Shown in pieces: positions 19,706 through 29,232 of a stretch of DNA of 64,000 nt. Where the stretch lies: assembly GCA_035623755.1 (NCBI GenBank), contig DASPSV010000012.1, positions 3,641 through 67,640 of the forward strand, given 5' to 3'. The translations under genes and the position numbers were made by a program. A model generated the notes under the pieces. The model was given only the letters and a program-made list of their open reading frames with translations. It had not been told where the DNA came from and ran no database searches. Numbering within the stretch: the stretch's first letter is position 1; each line of letters begins with the position of its first letter. This stretch comes from Gemmatimonadales bacterium (lineage in GTDB: Bacteria; Gemmatimonadota; Gemmatimonadetes; Gemmatimonadales; JACORV01).

Positions 19706-21144
19706 TCGCCCGCGCCGCCTCCGCCCTGCTCGCGCTCTCGGCGCTCCTGGCCGGCGCGTGGGCCCCGCGCACCGTGCGACCGCGTCCCGCCGCCGGCGCC
19801 CGCGCGGCCGCCGACACGTTCCCGCACGCGCGGCACGCCAGGCTGTTCACCACCTGCGCGGCCTGCCACGCCGGGATCGCGACGGGCGACACCGCCGAGG
19901 TCTGGCCGTCGCCGGAGCTGTGCGCCGGCTGCCACAACGGGGACCTGGCCCGCACCGTCAGCTGGACGCCGCCGCCGCCGCGGGCCACCAACCTGACGTT
20001 CGAGCACGTGCCCCACGTGGCCATGTTCGAGGCGATGGACAGCGGCGGTCCCAACTGCCAGAAGTGCCATGCCGCCGCAGACTCGCAGCCGTTCATGGAC
20101 GTCGGCCGCGCCAACCCGGAGCGTTGCGTCTCGTGCCACGGCCAGGGCGCGCCGAGCCACCTGGCCCAGCAGGCGTGCGAGCCGTGCCACACCACCCTGC
20201 ACGACGCCGCCGCCCTCGACGCGGAGGCGATCCGCGGGTTCCCGAAGCCGCCCTCGCACGACTCGACCTGGGTGCTGGGGCACCGCGGCGCGGCGACGGG
20301 CACGACCTGCGCGGTGTGCCACGCGCAGCAGTTCTGCGCGTCGTGCCACGTGAATGCGCGCGCCGTCCAGGCCATCCGCGACCTGCCGGCCGACGACCGC
20401 GTGGCCGCGCTGGTGCGCGGCCGCACCGCCGGCTATCCGCGCCCGGCCTCGCACGCCGCCTCCGACTGGACGCGTCGCCACGGCGTGCTCGCGCGCGCCG
20501 GCGCCGGCGAGTGCGCGAACTGTCACGCCCAGGAGTCGTGCCTGGGCTGCCACCGGATCCAGGAGCGCGTGCCCGCGATCGCGACCCTGCCCCGGCGCGC
20601 CCCCGGCGGCGCCTTCGGCGTCGATCTCGCGGGCCTGCGGCCGGCCGACCACCTGCCCGACCAGCGCCTGCATCACCGCGAGATGGCGGCCGGCGGCACG
20701 GCGAGCTGCGCCACCTGCCACCGGCCGTCGTACTGCACCACCTGTCACGCGGCCGCGAAGGCGCCGGGCTTCCACGGCCCGAACTTCGTGCAGCGCCACG
20801 CCATGCAGGCGTACGCCGCCGAGGCCGAATGCGCGGCGTGCCACCAGGTGCAGGTGTTCTGCCACGACTGCCACCAGGTGCTCGGGCGTTCCAACGCCAC
20901 GGCCCCCGCGTCGGCGAATTACCACGACAGGCAGCCCGGCTGGCTGTTCGGGCACGGCGGCGTCGCGCGTCGCGCGATCGAGACCTGCGCCAGCTGCCAC
21001 GCGCAGGACTTCTGCCTCCGCTGCCACTCGGCCACCACCGGCCAGCACATCAACCCGCACGGCGCGGGCTTCAACCCGTCCGTCGCCGGGAAGAACCGGG
21101 CGATGTGCCTGATCTGTCACACGACAGGCATTCCGACGCAGTGA
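19702..21144 (+). CDS. secreted multihaem c-type cytochrome, 16 CXXCH (doubled-CXXCH type)
   Basis: The ATG at 19702 overlaps the previous stop (ATGA). Signal peptide MIARAASALLALSALLAGAWA. There are 16 CXXCH motifs, including five paired units such as CAVCHAQQFCASCH, CANCHAQESCLGCH, CATCHRPSYCTTCH, CAACHQVQVFCHDCH and CASCHAQDFCLRCH. Confidence 0.85.
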   Translation: MIARAASALLALSALLAGAWAPRTVRPRPAAGARAAADTFPHARHARLFTTCAACHAGIATGDTAEVWPSPELCAGCHNGDLARTVSWTPPPPRATNLTFEHVPHVAMFEAMDSGGPNCQKCHAAADSQPFMDVGRANPERCVSCHGQGAPSHLAQQACEPCHTTLHDAAALDAEAIRGFPKPPSHDSTWVLGHRGAATGTTCAVCHAQQFCASCHVNARAVQAIRDLPADDRVAALVRGRTAGYPRPASHAASDWTRRHGVLARAGAGECANCHAQESCLGCHRIQERVPAIATLPRRAPGGAFGVDLAGLRPADHLPDQRLHHREMAAGGTASCATCHRPSYCTTCHAAAKAPGFHGPNFVQRHAMQAYAAEAECAACHQVQVFCHDCHQVLGRSNATAPASANYHDRQPGWLFGHGGVARRAIETCASCHAQDFCLRCHSATTGQHINPHGAGFNPSVAGKNRAMCLICHTTGIPTQ

Positions 21145-21166
21145 TCAGTCGGTCGGTGGACCGGAC

Positions 21167-21306
21167 AGTTGCCAGACGGCAAGTTGCCAGCGGTTGCAAG
21201 ACGGAAGATCCGAGGGGCCAGTCCAGTTGTCAGTACTGACGACTGGGCTGGCCCCTTACGTCTTGCGTCTGGTAACCACTGACAACTTGCCGTCTGGCAA
21301 CTGACC
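21167..21306. repeat. about 140-bp palindromic MITE/REP-like element, copy 2
   Basis: CAGTTGCCAGACGGCAAGTTG ... CAACTTGCCGTCTGGCAACTG are near-perfect 21-bp terminal inverted repeats. The central hairpin is GGGGCCAGTCCAG...CTGGGCTGGCCCC. The element fills the gap between the convergent stops at 21144 and 21310. Confidence 0.7.
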
Positions 21307-21309
21307 GCT

Positions 21310-22563
21310 CTACGGCGTCCTGCTCACTCCCACCCTCTCCGCCCGTCGCCGCGCATACGCCGCGGCGCCCACCGCCGTCGCCACCGGCGCCACCACGGTG
21401 ACGATCCACAGCACCGGCACGCTGAGGCCGAGCTCGGTGCCGAACCCGGCGAGCGAGAGCGCGAGGAACAGCACCAGCACCGCCAGCCCGAGGGCCAGCC
21501 GCCGCGGGCCGGCCGTCGGCGCCTCGGCGTAGTAGAGCGTCGACGGCGTGCGGTCGAGCCACGGCACCAGGACCACGAGCAGGCTGAGGATCCCCGGCAC
21601 CAGCATCGCGCCGATCGCCTCGGGCCCGATGGTCGCGCCCAGCACGCGCACGCTGAGCGTGCCCGGGATCAGCCGCAGCGCGCCGTAGACCCACAGCAGG
21701 TACCAGTCGGGCTTCACGTCGGGCGTCGCCGGCTGCGGCGGTCCGAAGTAGGCGGACGGGTGCACCGGCAGGAAGGCCGCCAGCGCCGCGGCGACCGCGA
21801 CGATGACCAGGAACAGCACGCCCATCAGCGCCGTCTGCTCCGGCCACAGCGGGATGCCGCGGATCCACTTGCCCTCGGCGGCATCGGCGCGCGCCGCCAC
21901 GCCGAACTCGGTGTGCTTCTGCTTCAGCACGATCACGAGGTGCAGCGCGATCAGCGCGCTGAGCGCGAGCGGCGCCAGCACCACGTGGTAGGCGAAGAAC
22001 CGCGGCACCGTCTCCGGCGACGGGAACTGGCCGGCGAACACGTAATCGGCGAGCGTCGGCCCGATCCACGGCACCGAGCGCGCGATGCCGTAGCCGATCG
22101 CGGTGGCGGTGACGGAGAACTGGTCGTAGGGCAGGAGATAGCCGGCGAACGACGCCGCGATGGTCATGCCCAGGAGGCCGAGCCCCAGCACCCAGTTCGC
22201 CTCCCGCGGCCGCTTGTACGACGCCGTGAAGTAGACCCGCAGCAGGTGCAGCACCACCGAGGCGATCATCAGGTGCGCCGCCCAGTGGTGGATCCGGCGC
22301 ATCAGGGCGCCGAACGGGTGGGCGTCGATCGCCAGCGTGCTCGCGTACGCGGCCGGCAGCCGGCCGCCCTCGGCCGCCACCGCCGCCGCCGACGGCTCGT
22401 AGAACAGGGCGAGGTACAGGCCGGTGCCCACCAGCACCACGAAGCAGAACAGCGCGATCTCGCCGAAAAAGAAGGTCGAGTGGACCGGGAACGGCTTGCC
22501 GAGGTACTTCGCCCGGAAGCGCTCGAGCGCGAGGCGCTCCTCGAACCAGCGGGGAATCGTCAC
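21310..22563 (-). CDS. cytochrome b (long form: b6-like plus subunit-IV-like regions), Rieske/cyt b complex
   Basis: 417 aa. The N-terminus WFEERLALERFRAKYLGKPFPVHSTFFFGEIALFCFVVLVGTGLYLALFY is QcrB/PetB-like. It has conserved His-bearing helices (RRIHHWAAHLMIASVVLHLL, FFAYHVVLAPLALSALIALHL) and about 9 predicted TM segments. Confidence 0.9.
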   Translation of the reverse strand: MTIPRWFEERLALERFRAKYLGKPFPVHSTFFFGEIALFCFVVLVGTGLYLALFYEPSAAAVAAEGGRLPAAYASTLAIDAHPFGALMRRIHHWAAHLMIASVVLHLLRVYFTASYKRPREANWVLGLGLLGMTIAASFAGYLLPYDQFSVTATAIGYGIARSVPWIGPTLADYVFAGQFPSPETVPRFFAYHVVLAPLALSALIALHLVIVLKQKHTEFGVAARADAAEGKWIRGIPLWPEQTALMGVLFLVIVAVAAALAAFLPVHPSAYFGPPQPATPDVKPDWYLLWVYGALRLIPGTLSVRVLGATIGPEAIGAMLVPGILSLLVVLVPWLDRTPSTLYYAEAPTAGPRRLALGLAVLVLFLALSLAGFGTELGLSVPVLWIVTVVAPVATAVGAAAYARRRAERVGVSRTP

Positions 22564-22576
22564 GGCGCCGTGCCCC

Positions 22577-23149
22577 CTAGGCCTTCACGCCGACCGGCGC
22601 GGAGAAGGCGCCGGCCACCAGCACCTCCCCCTTGTCGTTCAGCTTGATGGGCAGCTGCGGCAGCGGGCGCGGCGGCGGGCCGCCGAGCACGACCCCGCCG
22701 CGCTGCGGGTCGAACATGGCGCCGTGGCACGGGCAGTGGATGTGGGGGAACGGCGCCTGGTCCATCGGCTCCTCGGAGAAGCGCACCGTGCAGCCGAGAT
22801 GGGTGCAGATGGCGCTGTAGGCGACGACGCCGTGCGCCGTGCCCGCGAGGTCCACCGGCGGCTTGAGCGCCGCCGGATCGAGCTTGCACACCAGCACCAG
22901 GTTCTCGTGGTTGTCGGACTTGCCCTCGGGATAGGCGAGGACGGCCTCGTTCTGCGTGAAGCTGCCCTCGGTGATCGCCTGGCCGGCGTTCTGCCCGAGC
23001 GCGAACACCAGCCGGTCGCCGGCCTCGACGCCCTTGGTCGCCGCCGAGCGCGAGCGCCCCCGCAGCGTCAGGACGCCCGGAATCACGGAGGCGATCGCCG
23101 CCACGATGGCGGTCTTCAGCGACCTCTCGGCGAACCGTCTACGATCCAC
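22577..23149 (-). CDS. Rieske [2Fe-2S] subunit, Tat signal
   Basis: MDRRRFAERSLKTAIVAAIA is a twin-arginine leader. The cluster boxes are CTHLGCTV and CPCHGAMF. Confidence 0.9.
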   Translation of the reverse strand: MDRRRFAERSLKTAIVAAIASVIPGVLTLRGRSRSAATKGVEAGDRLVFALGQNAGQAITEGSFTQNEAVLAYPEGKSDNHENLVLVCKLDPAALKPPVDLAGTAHGVVAYSAICTHLGCTVRFSEEPMDQAPFPHIHCPCHGAMFDPQRGGVVLGGPPPRPLPQLPIKLNDKGEVLVAGAFSAPVGVKA

Positions 23150-23203
23150 GCGTCTCCCTCCACCCGCCCTGCCGCGGCGCTCCGCGCGGCCGCGGCGCCG
23201 TCG

Positions 23204-24205
23204 TCACCACGGGATCCCGTCGTCGCGCTCGGCGCGCGTCGTCTCCCAGCGCACGAACGCCCGGCTGTAGAGCACCACGACCCCGGCCAGCGCGAGCATG
23301 CCCACCGCCAGCGCCAGCCCGAGCACCCACACCGGCCAGGCGAGCACCACCCCCACCGCGAACGAGCCCAGCGCCGCGAGCTCGAGCACCATCATCACCA
23401 CCGTCAGCGCCACCGCGACGGCGGTGCGCTCGTCCTCGTGGGCCGCGGGCTCCGCGGTCCGCCCTTCCGCCCAGCTCGAGGCCACGCCGTGCAGGCCGAT
23501 GATCAGCAGGATCGCCATCCACGCCGCGATCATGATCTGCACGTCCGTGAGATGGTCCGGCAGCAGCGCGCCGGCGCCGGCGGCCGCCGGCGGACCGTTG
23601 AACATGTCCAGCAGCGCCACCGCCTTGTGGCCCTCGACGTGGTACGCCATCAGGTCCGGCGACTCGGACGACGCCATGATCACGTGCATCTGGCCCGCCA
23701 CGATCGGGCGGTCGGTGCTGTCGTGCGCCGCCAGCGGCCGCTCGAACTCGATCGTCGTGCCCGCGGCGGTCCTGAGGCCCGCGCTGCCCAGGATGTCGTC
23801 GTGCCCGCCCAGCGCGGTGTCGGCGACGTGGCTGGTGGGCGTGTTCGCGTAGTGGTCCTCGACGTGCGCCCCGTGCGCGTCCACGTAGCCGATCACGATG
23901 TCCGCGCCGTACATCAGCGGCCCCTCGCCCCCGAAGCCGACCGCGACCCAGCCGGTGTCCGGCGAGGTGACCGCGCCGATCAGCCGGTCCCCCACGATGC
24001 TCCACTGGAACACCAGCTTGCTCGCGTCGTCGGTCCAGCGGAACCGGTACTCCCCGGACGTGACCCGCCCGTCCAGCCGGTGCACCGAGCTCGTGCCCGC
24101 GGCGGACACCAAGCGCTGCGGCAGGTGCAGCGTGAAGGCCAGCAGCACCGCCAGCACGGCCCCGCCGGCCAGGGCCAGCGCGGGAACGCGGTCCGCGTTC
24201 TTCAT
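23204..24205 (-). CDS. DOMON-domain membrane protein (N-terminal anchor, periplasmic DOMON, C-terminal multi-TM region)
   Basis: The ATG at 24205 overlaps the upstream stop (ATGA). DOMON-like core: WVAVGFGGEGPLMYGADIVIGYVD...TIEFERPLAAHDSTDRPI. The C-terminal hydrophobic helices are IMIAAWMAILLIIGLHGV, AVAVALTVVMMVLELAALGSFAVGVVLAW and VWVLGLALAVGMLALAGVVVLY. Confidence 0.7.
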   Translation of the reverse strand: MKNADRVPALALAGGAVLAVLLAFTLHLPQRLVSAAGTSSVHRLDGRVTSGEYRFRWTDDASKLVFQWSIVGDRLIGAVTSPDTGWVAVGFGGEGPLMYGADIVIGYVDAHGAHVEDHYANTPTSHVADTALGGHDDILGSAGLRTAAGTTIEFERPLAAHDSTDRPIVAGQMHVIMASSESPDLMAYHVEGHKAVALLDMFNGPPAAAGAGALLPDHLTDVQIMIAAWMAILLIIGLHGVASSWAEGRTAEPAAHEDERTAVAVALTVVMMVLELAALGSFAVGVVLAWPVWVLGLALAVGMLALAGVVVLYSRAFVRWETTRAERDDGIPW

Positions 24206-25023
24206 CGGCCGCCGCCCGTCCGGCCCAGCCGCGCCTCCAGCGGCGCCGCGTGGCCGAGGGCCATCCAGGCCGCCACCAGGTTCTCGCGCGCGTCGCCCAG
24301 CCGCGCGGACGCCGAGTCGAGGCGGAAGCTGTGCCAGATCTCGGCCGCCGCCGTCAGGTGGCGCTCCGCGTCGTCGAGCATGACCCGCGCCCGGGCGGCG
24401 CCGCGGGCCGTGCGCTGCGCGGCCGCGTCCGCCGACACGACGTCGAACAGGAGGTTCTCCACCCGCACCAGCGCCAGCACCTGCGCCGCCTCCCGTGCCT
24501 TGTCCGGCGGCGCCACGCCGCCGGCCGTGTGGCACGCGGAGCAGGTCTCGAGCAGCCGCTCGGGCGTGAGCACGGACGTCGCCATGGCCCCGTGGCAGGT
24601 CACGCAGTTGGGGCCGCGGCCGTCGGCCCGCAGCCGCGCGTAGTGGATGCTGGTGCGGAAGTAGCCCACCTCGGAGGCGTGGCACCGCCCGCAGGTGTCG
24701 GGCACGCGGATGAAGTAGACGCGACTGTCCGGGTCGGTCGAGACCGCCACGCCGCGGTGCGCCGCCTGCCGGTCGCGCGCCGCCGGATCGCCGCCGTGAC
24801 AGGCCTCGCAGCCCACGCCCGCCGCGGCGTGCGGCGACTTCCGCCACGCGGCGAACCCGTGCCCCGCCCCCGTCGTGTCGGCGAGGCTGCCGTGACACGC
24901 GACGCATTGACTCGCCGCCGCGCGCGATGCGCCCGCGCCCCGCGGCTGCTGGGCGCCGGCCGCGCCGGCGCCGGCCACGGCGCACACCGCGGCCAGCGCG
25001 AACGCCAGGCGTTCCACGGTCAT
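24202..25023 (-). CDS. pentahaem c-type cytochrome, signal peptide
   Basis: Signal peptide MTVERLAFALAAVCAVAGAGAAGAQQ. Haem motifs: CVACH, CEACH, CGRCH, CVTCH, CSACH. Confidence 0.85.
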   Translation of the reverse strand: MTVERLAFALAAVCAVAGAGAAGAQQPRGAGASRAAASQCVACHGSLADTTGAGHGFAAWRKSPHAAAGVGCEACHGGDPAARDRQAAHRGVAVSTDPDSRVYFIRVPDTCGRCHASEVGYFRTSIHYARLRADGRGPNCVTCHGAMATSVLTPERLLETCSACHTAGGVAPPDKAREAAQVLALVRVENLLFDVVSADAAAQRTARGAARARVMLDDAERHLTAAAEIWHSFRLDSASARLGDARENLVAAWMALGHAAPLEARLGRTGGGR

Positions 25024-25054
25024 GGTTCCTCCGACCCGGCCGCGGACGCGGCCG

Positions 25055-25387
25055 CTAGTGCTTGGCGAGCGTGCGGATGTAGGCCAGGACGGCCGTGATC
25101 TGCTCCGGCGTCAGCCGGCCCTTGTACGCCGCCATCATCCGGCCCTTCCCGTTGGTGATGACGTCGCGCAGCACGCTGTCGGTGACCGACGCCATCGAGG
25201 CGGCGGTGAAATCCGGCAGCCCTGCCATCGCGTGCACCATCGCGGCGCTCGGCGCCCCCTGCGGCCCGTGACACGACGCGCACGTCCGCGCGTACGTCGC
25301 CGCGCCGTCGGCGGGCTGCTGCGCCGCGAGCGAGCCGGCCGCCACCAGGCCCAGCACCATCGAAACCACCAGAACCTTGCCCGTCAT
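25055..25387 (-). CDS. monohaem class I cytochrome c, signal peptide
   Basis: The ATG at 25387 lies 6 nt downstream of a GGAGG Shine-Dalgarno sequence. The product reads MTGKVLVVSMVLGLVAAGSLAAQ...YARTCASCHG...GRMMAAY (distal Met). The longer track ORF N-terminus is non-coding. Confidence 0.8.
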   Translation of the reverse strand: MTGKVLVVSMVLGLVAAGSLAAQQPADGAATYARTCASCHGPQGAPSAAMVHAMAGLPDFTAASMASVTDSVLRDVITNGKGRMMAAYKGRLTPEQITAVLAYIRTLAKH

Positions 25388-25531
25388 GTGCATCCTCCGC
25401 AAATCCCGCGGTTCGACTTCCGGCCGGCACCGTCCCGTCGAGGTCACGCAGGACCCCCTGCGGCCGGCCGGTCAGCCGGCGTAGGACGACGCCCAGCCAT
25501 GGAACGCGACTGGAACGGTCGTTCGAGAGGG

Positions 25532-25546
25532 GCAATTTCTATGCCG
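25532..25546 (-). promoter_or_regulatory. sigma-54 (-24/-12) promoter of the Rieske/cyt b operon
   Basis: The minus strand reads CGGCATAGAAATTGC, with GG at 25545-44 and GC at 25533-32 (exact 12-nt offset, -12 = TTGC). It lies in an AT-rich patch about 145 nt upstream of the 25387 start and divergent from the PAS kinase/EBP genes. Confidence 0.6.
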
Positions 25547-25732
25547 ATTCTGGAAATGACCATTTTCGGTTTCTTGATCTGGTTCCGAGCCGAACTCGGA
25601 TGCCGCCGGGCTCATCGGCCCATACTACCCGAGGCTTGGCCTCGCTCGCGAGGGGGTGGCCGGCTCGAAACGGGAGCCCAATGGGCGCCATTATTGCGAG
25701 ACTGACGCAACTTGACCAGCTTTCGGGACAGG

Positions 25733-26807
25733 ATGACTCACACCGCGACCCAGCCGGACCCAGCCCTCATCGCCGCCATCGTGGACATGGCTGCCGACGC
25801 CATCATCTGCGTCAGCCCGGAGGACCTGATCCTGTCCTCCAACCGGGGAGCCGAGAAGATGTTCGGCTGGACGGCGCAGGAGCTGGCGGGCCAGCCGTTC
25901 GCGATCCTGCTGCCGGAGGAGGAGCTGGCGCGGGGCGAGATCGACTGGATGCGCCGCACCACGATCGCCCACGGCTCGCTGCGCGACTACGAGACGCGCC
26001 GCAAGACCAAGGACGGGCGCATCATCGACGTGAGCATCACCCGCACGGCCGTCTACGACGACGCCGGCAACCTGATCGGCTACTCGGCGATCCTGCGCGA
26101 CATCTCCGATCGCAAGCGCATCGAGCGGCAGCTGCTGACGGCCGAGCGGCTGGCCACCGCGGGCCAGGTGGCGGCGGGCGTCGCGCACGAGATCGGCGCG
26201 CCGCTGACGGCCATCTCGGTCGCGGTGGACCACATGCTCCAGTCGCGCTGCAACTTCTGCGGCGGCGGCGAGGAGATGCAGGTGCTGCTGTCGCAGACCG
26301 ACCGGATCGCCAAGCTGGCGCGCCGGCTGGTGAACCTGGCCAAGCCGGCGGGCCTGGTGTTCACGCCCACCAGCGTGAACGAGGTGGTGGAGCAGGCCAC
26401 GAGCCTGGTGCAGCCGCAGCTGAGCCGCAGCCGCATCCGCCTCGAGCTCGACCTGACGCGGGACCTCCGCGCCATCCACGCGGACGAGGCCCAGCTCCAG
26501 CAGGTGCTGATCAACCTGTTCCTCAATTCCCAACGCGCGATGGCCGATTCGGGGGGCACGCTCCGCGTCTCGACCGGTGCGGCCGGTGCGGACACCGTCG
26601 AGATCGTCGTGGCGGACAACGGCCCGGGGATTGCAGAGGCGGACCTGCCGCACATCTTCACGCCCTTCTTCTCGCGCTCCGGCGGCACGGGCCTGGGACT
26701 GGCGCTGGCGGCGCAGATCGTCAAGGCGCACCGGGGGACGATCGACGTGGCCTCGCAGGTCGGCAAAGGGGCGACCTTCACCATCCGGATTCCTGCAGCG
26801 GTGGCGC

Positions 26808-26815
<8 letters not shown>
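25733..26815 (+). CDS. cytoplasmic PAS-domain sensor histidine kinase
   Basis: PAS domain (IVDMAADAIICVSPEDLILSSNRGAEKMFGW...YSAILRDISDRKRIE), H-box VAHEIGAPLTAI, N-box NLFLNSQRAM, and G-boxes DNGPGI and GTGLGLALA. I preferred the ATG at 25733 over the TTG at 25712. Confidence 0.85.
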
Positions 26816-28256
<1,441 letters not shown>

Positions 28257-28410
28257 ATACGCCCCCGCCCGTTCCACGCGGTAAAGTTGTCTCATGACTT
28301 CCCGAGGCCCCGGCGCCAGCGCGCCGGGGCCTCGTCGTAACAGCCAGCCCGGCAACGAGTTACGAAACCGGCACCGATTGGCTCCCGTGGTACGCGATGC
28401 GCAACGGTGC

Positions 28411-29142
28411 ATGGGCGTGATCGAGTCCCTTCTCATCGCCGTGGATGCGGCGCCCTTCGCGGATCGTGTGGCCGGGTGGCTGCCCGACCTCGTGAGCGCG
28501 GGCGTGCGCCGGGCGACGCTGTTCCACGCCATCGAGGCGGTCGGCGCGGACTGCGTGAAGGAGCTCGACGCCCTTCGGCCCCGGCTCGACCGGCTGGCGG
28601 TGCAGCTGTCGGCGCGCGAGGTGGAGGCGGAGATCGCCCTCAAGCGCGGCGACCGGGTGCGCTGGCTCACGTCGCTCGCCGAGCTGCGGACGAGCCAGGT
28701 GCTCGTGGTAGGCGTGCGCTGCTCGCTGGAGACGCGCGAGCGCACCATCGGCGCGACGCTGCGGCTGCTGCTGGAGGAGTCCCACGTGCCGCTGCTGGTG
28801 CTGCCGGGGCCGTTCGACCCGTCGGCGCCGCGGATGTTCGACCAGCCGACCCTGATCACCGGCGGCCGCGACGGCGCCGCGCTCGAGGCCCGGGCGCGCG
28901 CGCTGATCCCCGTCCCGCTGCGCGTCGCGACGCTCGGCCCCGACCAGGCCGTGCCGTCGGGCGCGTCGCTGCTCGTCGCCGGTCCCGAGATCTCCGGTCA
29001 CGCGTTCGAGCGCGTGATCGCTGGATGTGCCTGCCCGGTGCTCGCATTCCCGGCCCCGTCCCTTTCGATCCAGCCTGAGAAGGGCCCGAGCACCGTTGTC
29101 ACCCCACCGTCGGAAGCATCGGGCGCCACACGTAAGGGCTAA
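28411..29142 (+). CDS. hypothetical protein, possibly tandem universal-stress-protein (UspA)-like fold
   Basis: The ATG at 28411 gives MGVIESLLIAVDAAPFADRV. Later segments VPLLVLPG and CPVLAFP are Usp-like strand motifs. The similarity is weak and judged by eye. Confidence 0.4.
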   Translation: MGVIESLLIAVDAAPFADRVAGWLPDLVSAGVRRATLFHAIEAVGADCVKELDALRPRLDRLAVQLSAREVEAEIALKRGDRVRWLTSLAELRTSQVLVVGVRCSLETRERTIGATLRLLLEESHVPLLVLPGPFDPSAPRMFDQPTLITGGRDGAALEARARALIPVPLRVATLGPDQAVPSGASLLVAGPEISGHAFERVIAGCACPVLAFPAPSLSIQPEKGPSTVVTPPSEASGATRKG

Positions 29143-29232
29143 GTCAGCCATTGACCGCGGCCGGCCGTGTGGTGCCCGACTTCCGAGTCGGGCACCTTCG
29201 TTTTCCGGGATGCGCAGCGGGAAGCGGGAGCC

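Noticed and set aside
28369-28383. Sigma-54-like sequence CGGCACCGATTGGCT upstream of the Usp-like gene, just downstream of the EBP gene.
   Set aside because: The GG-to-GC offset is 11 nt rather than the strictly required 12, and the -12 region reads TTGGC, not TTGC.
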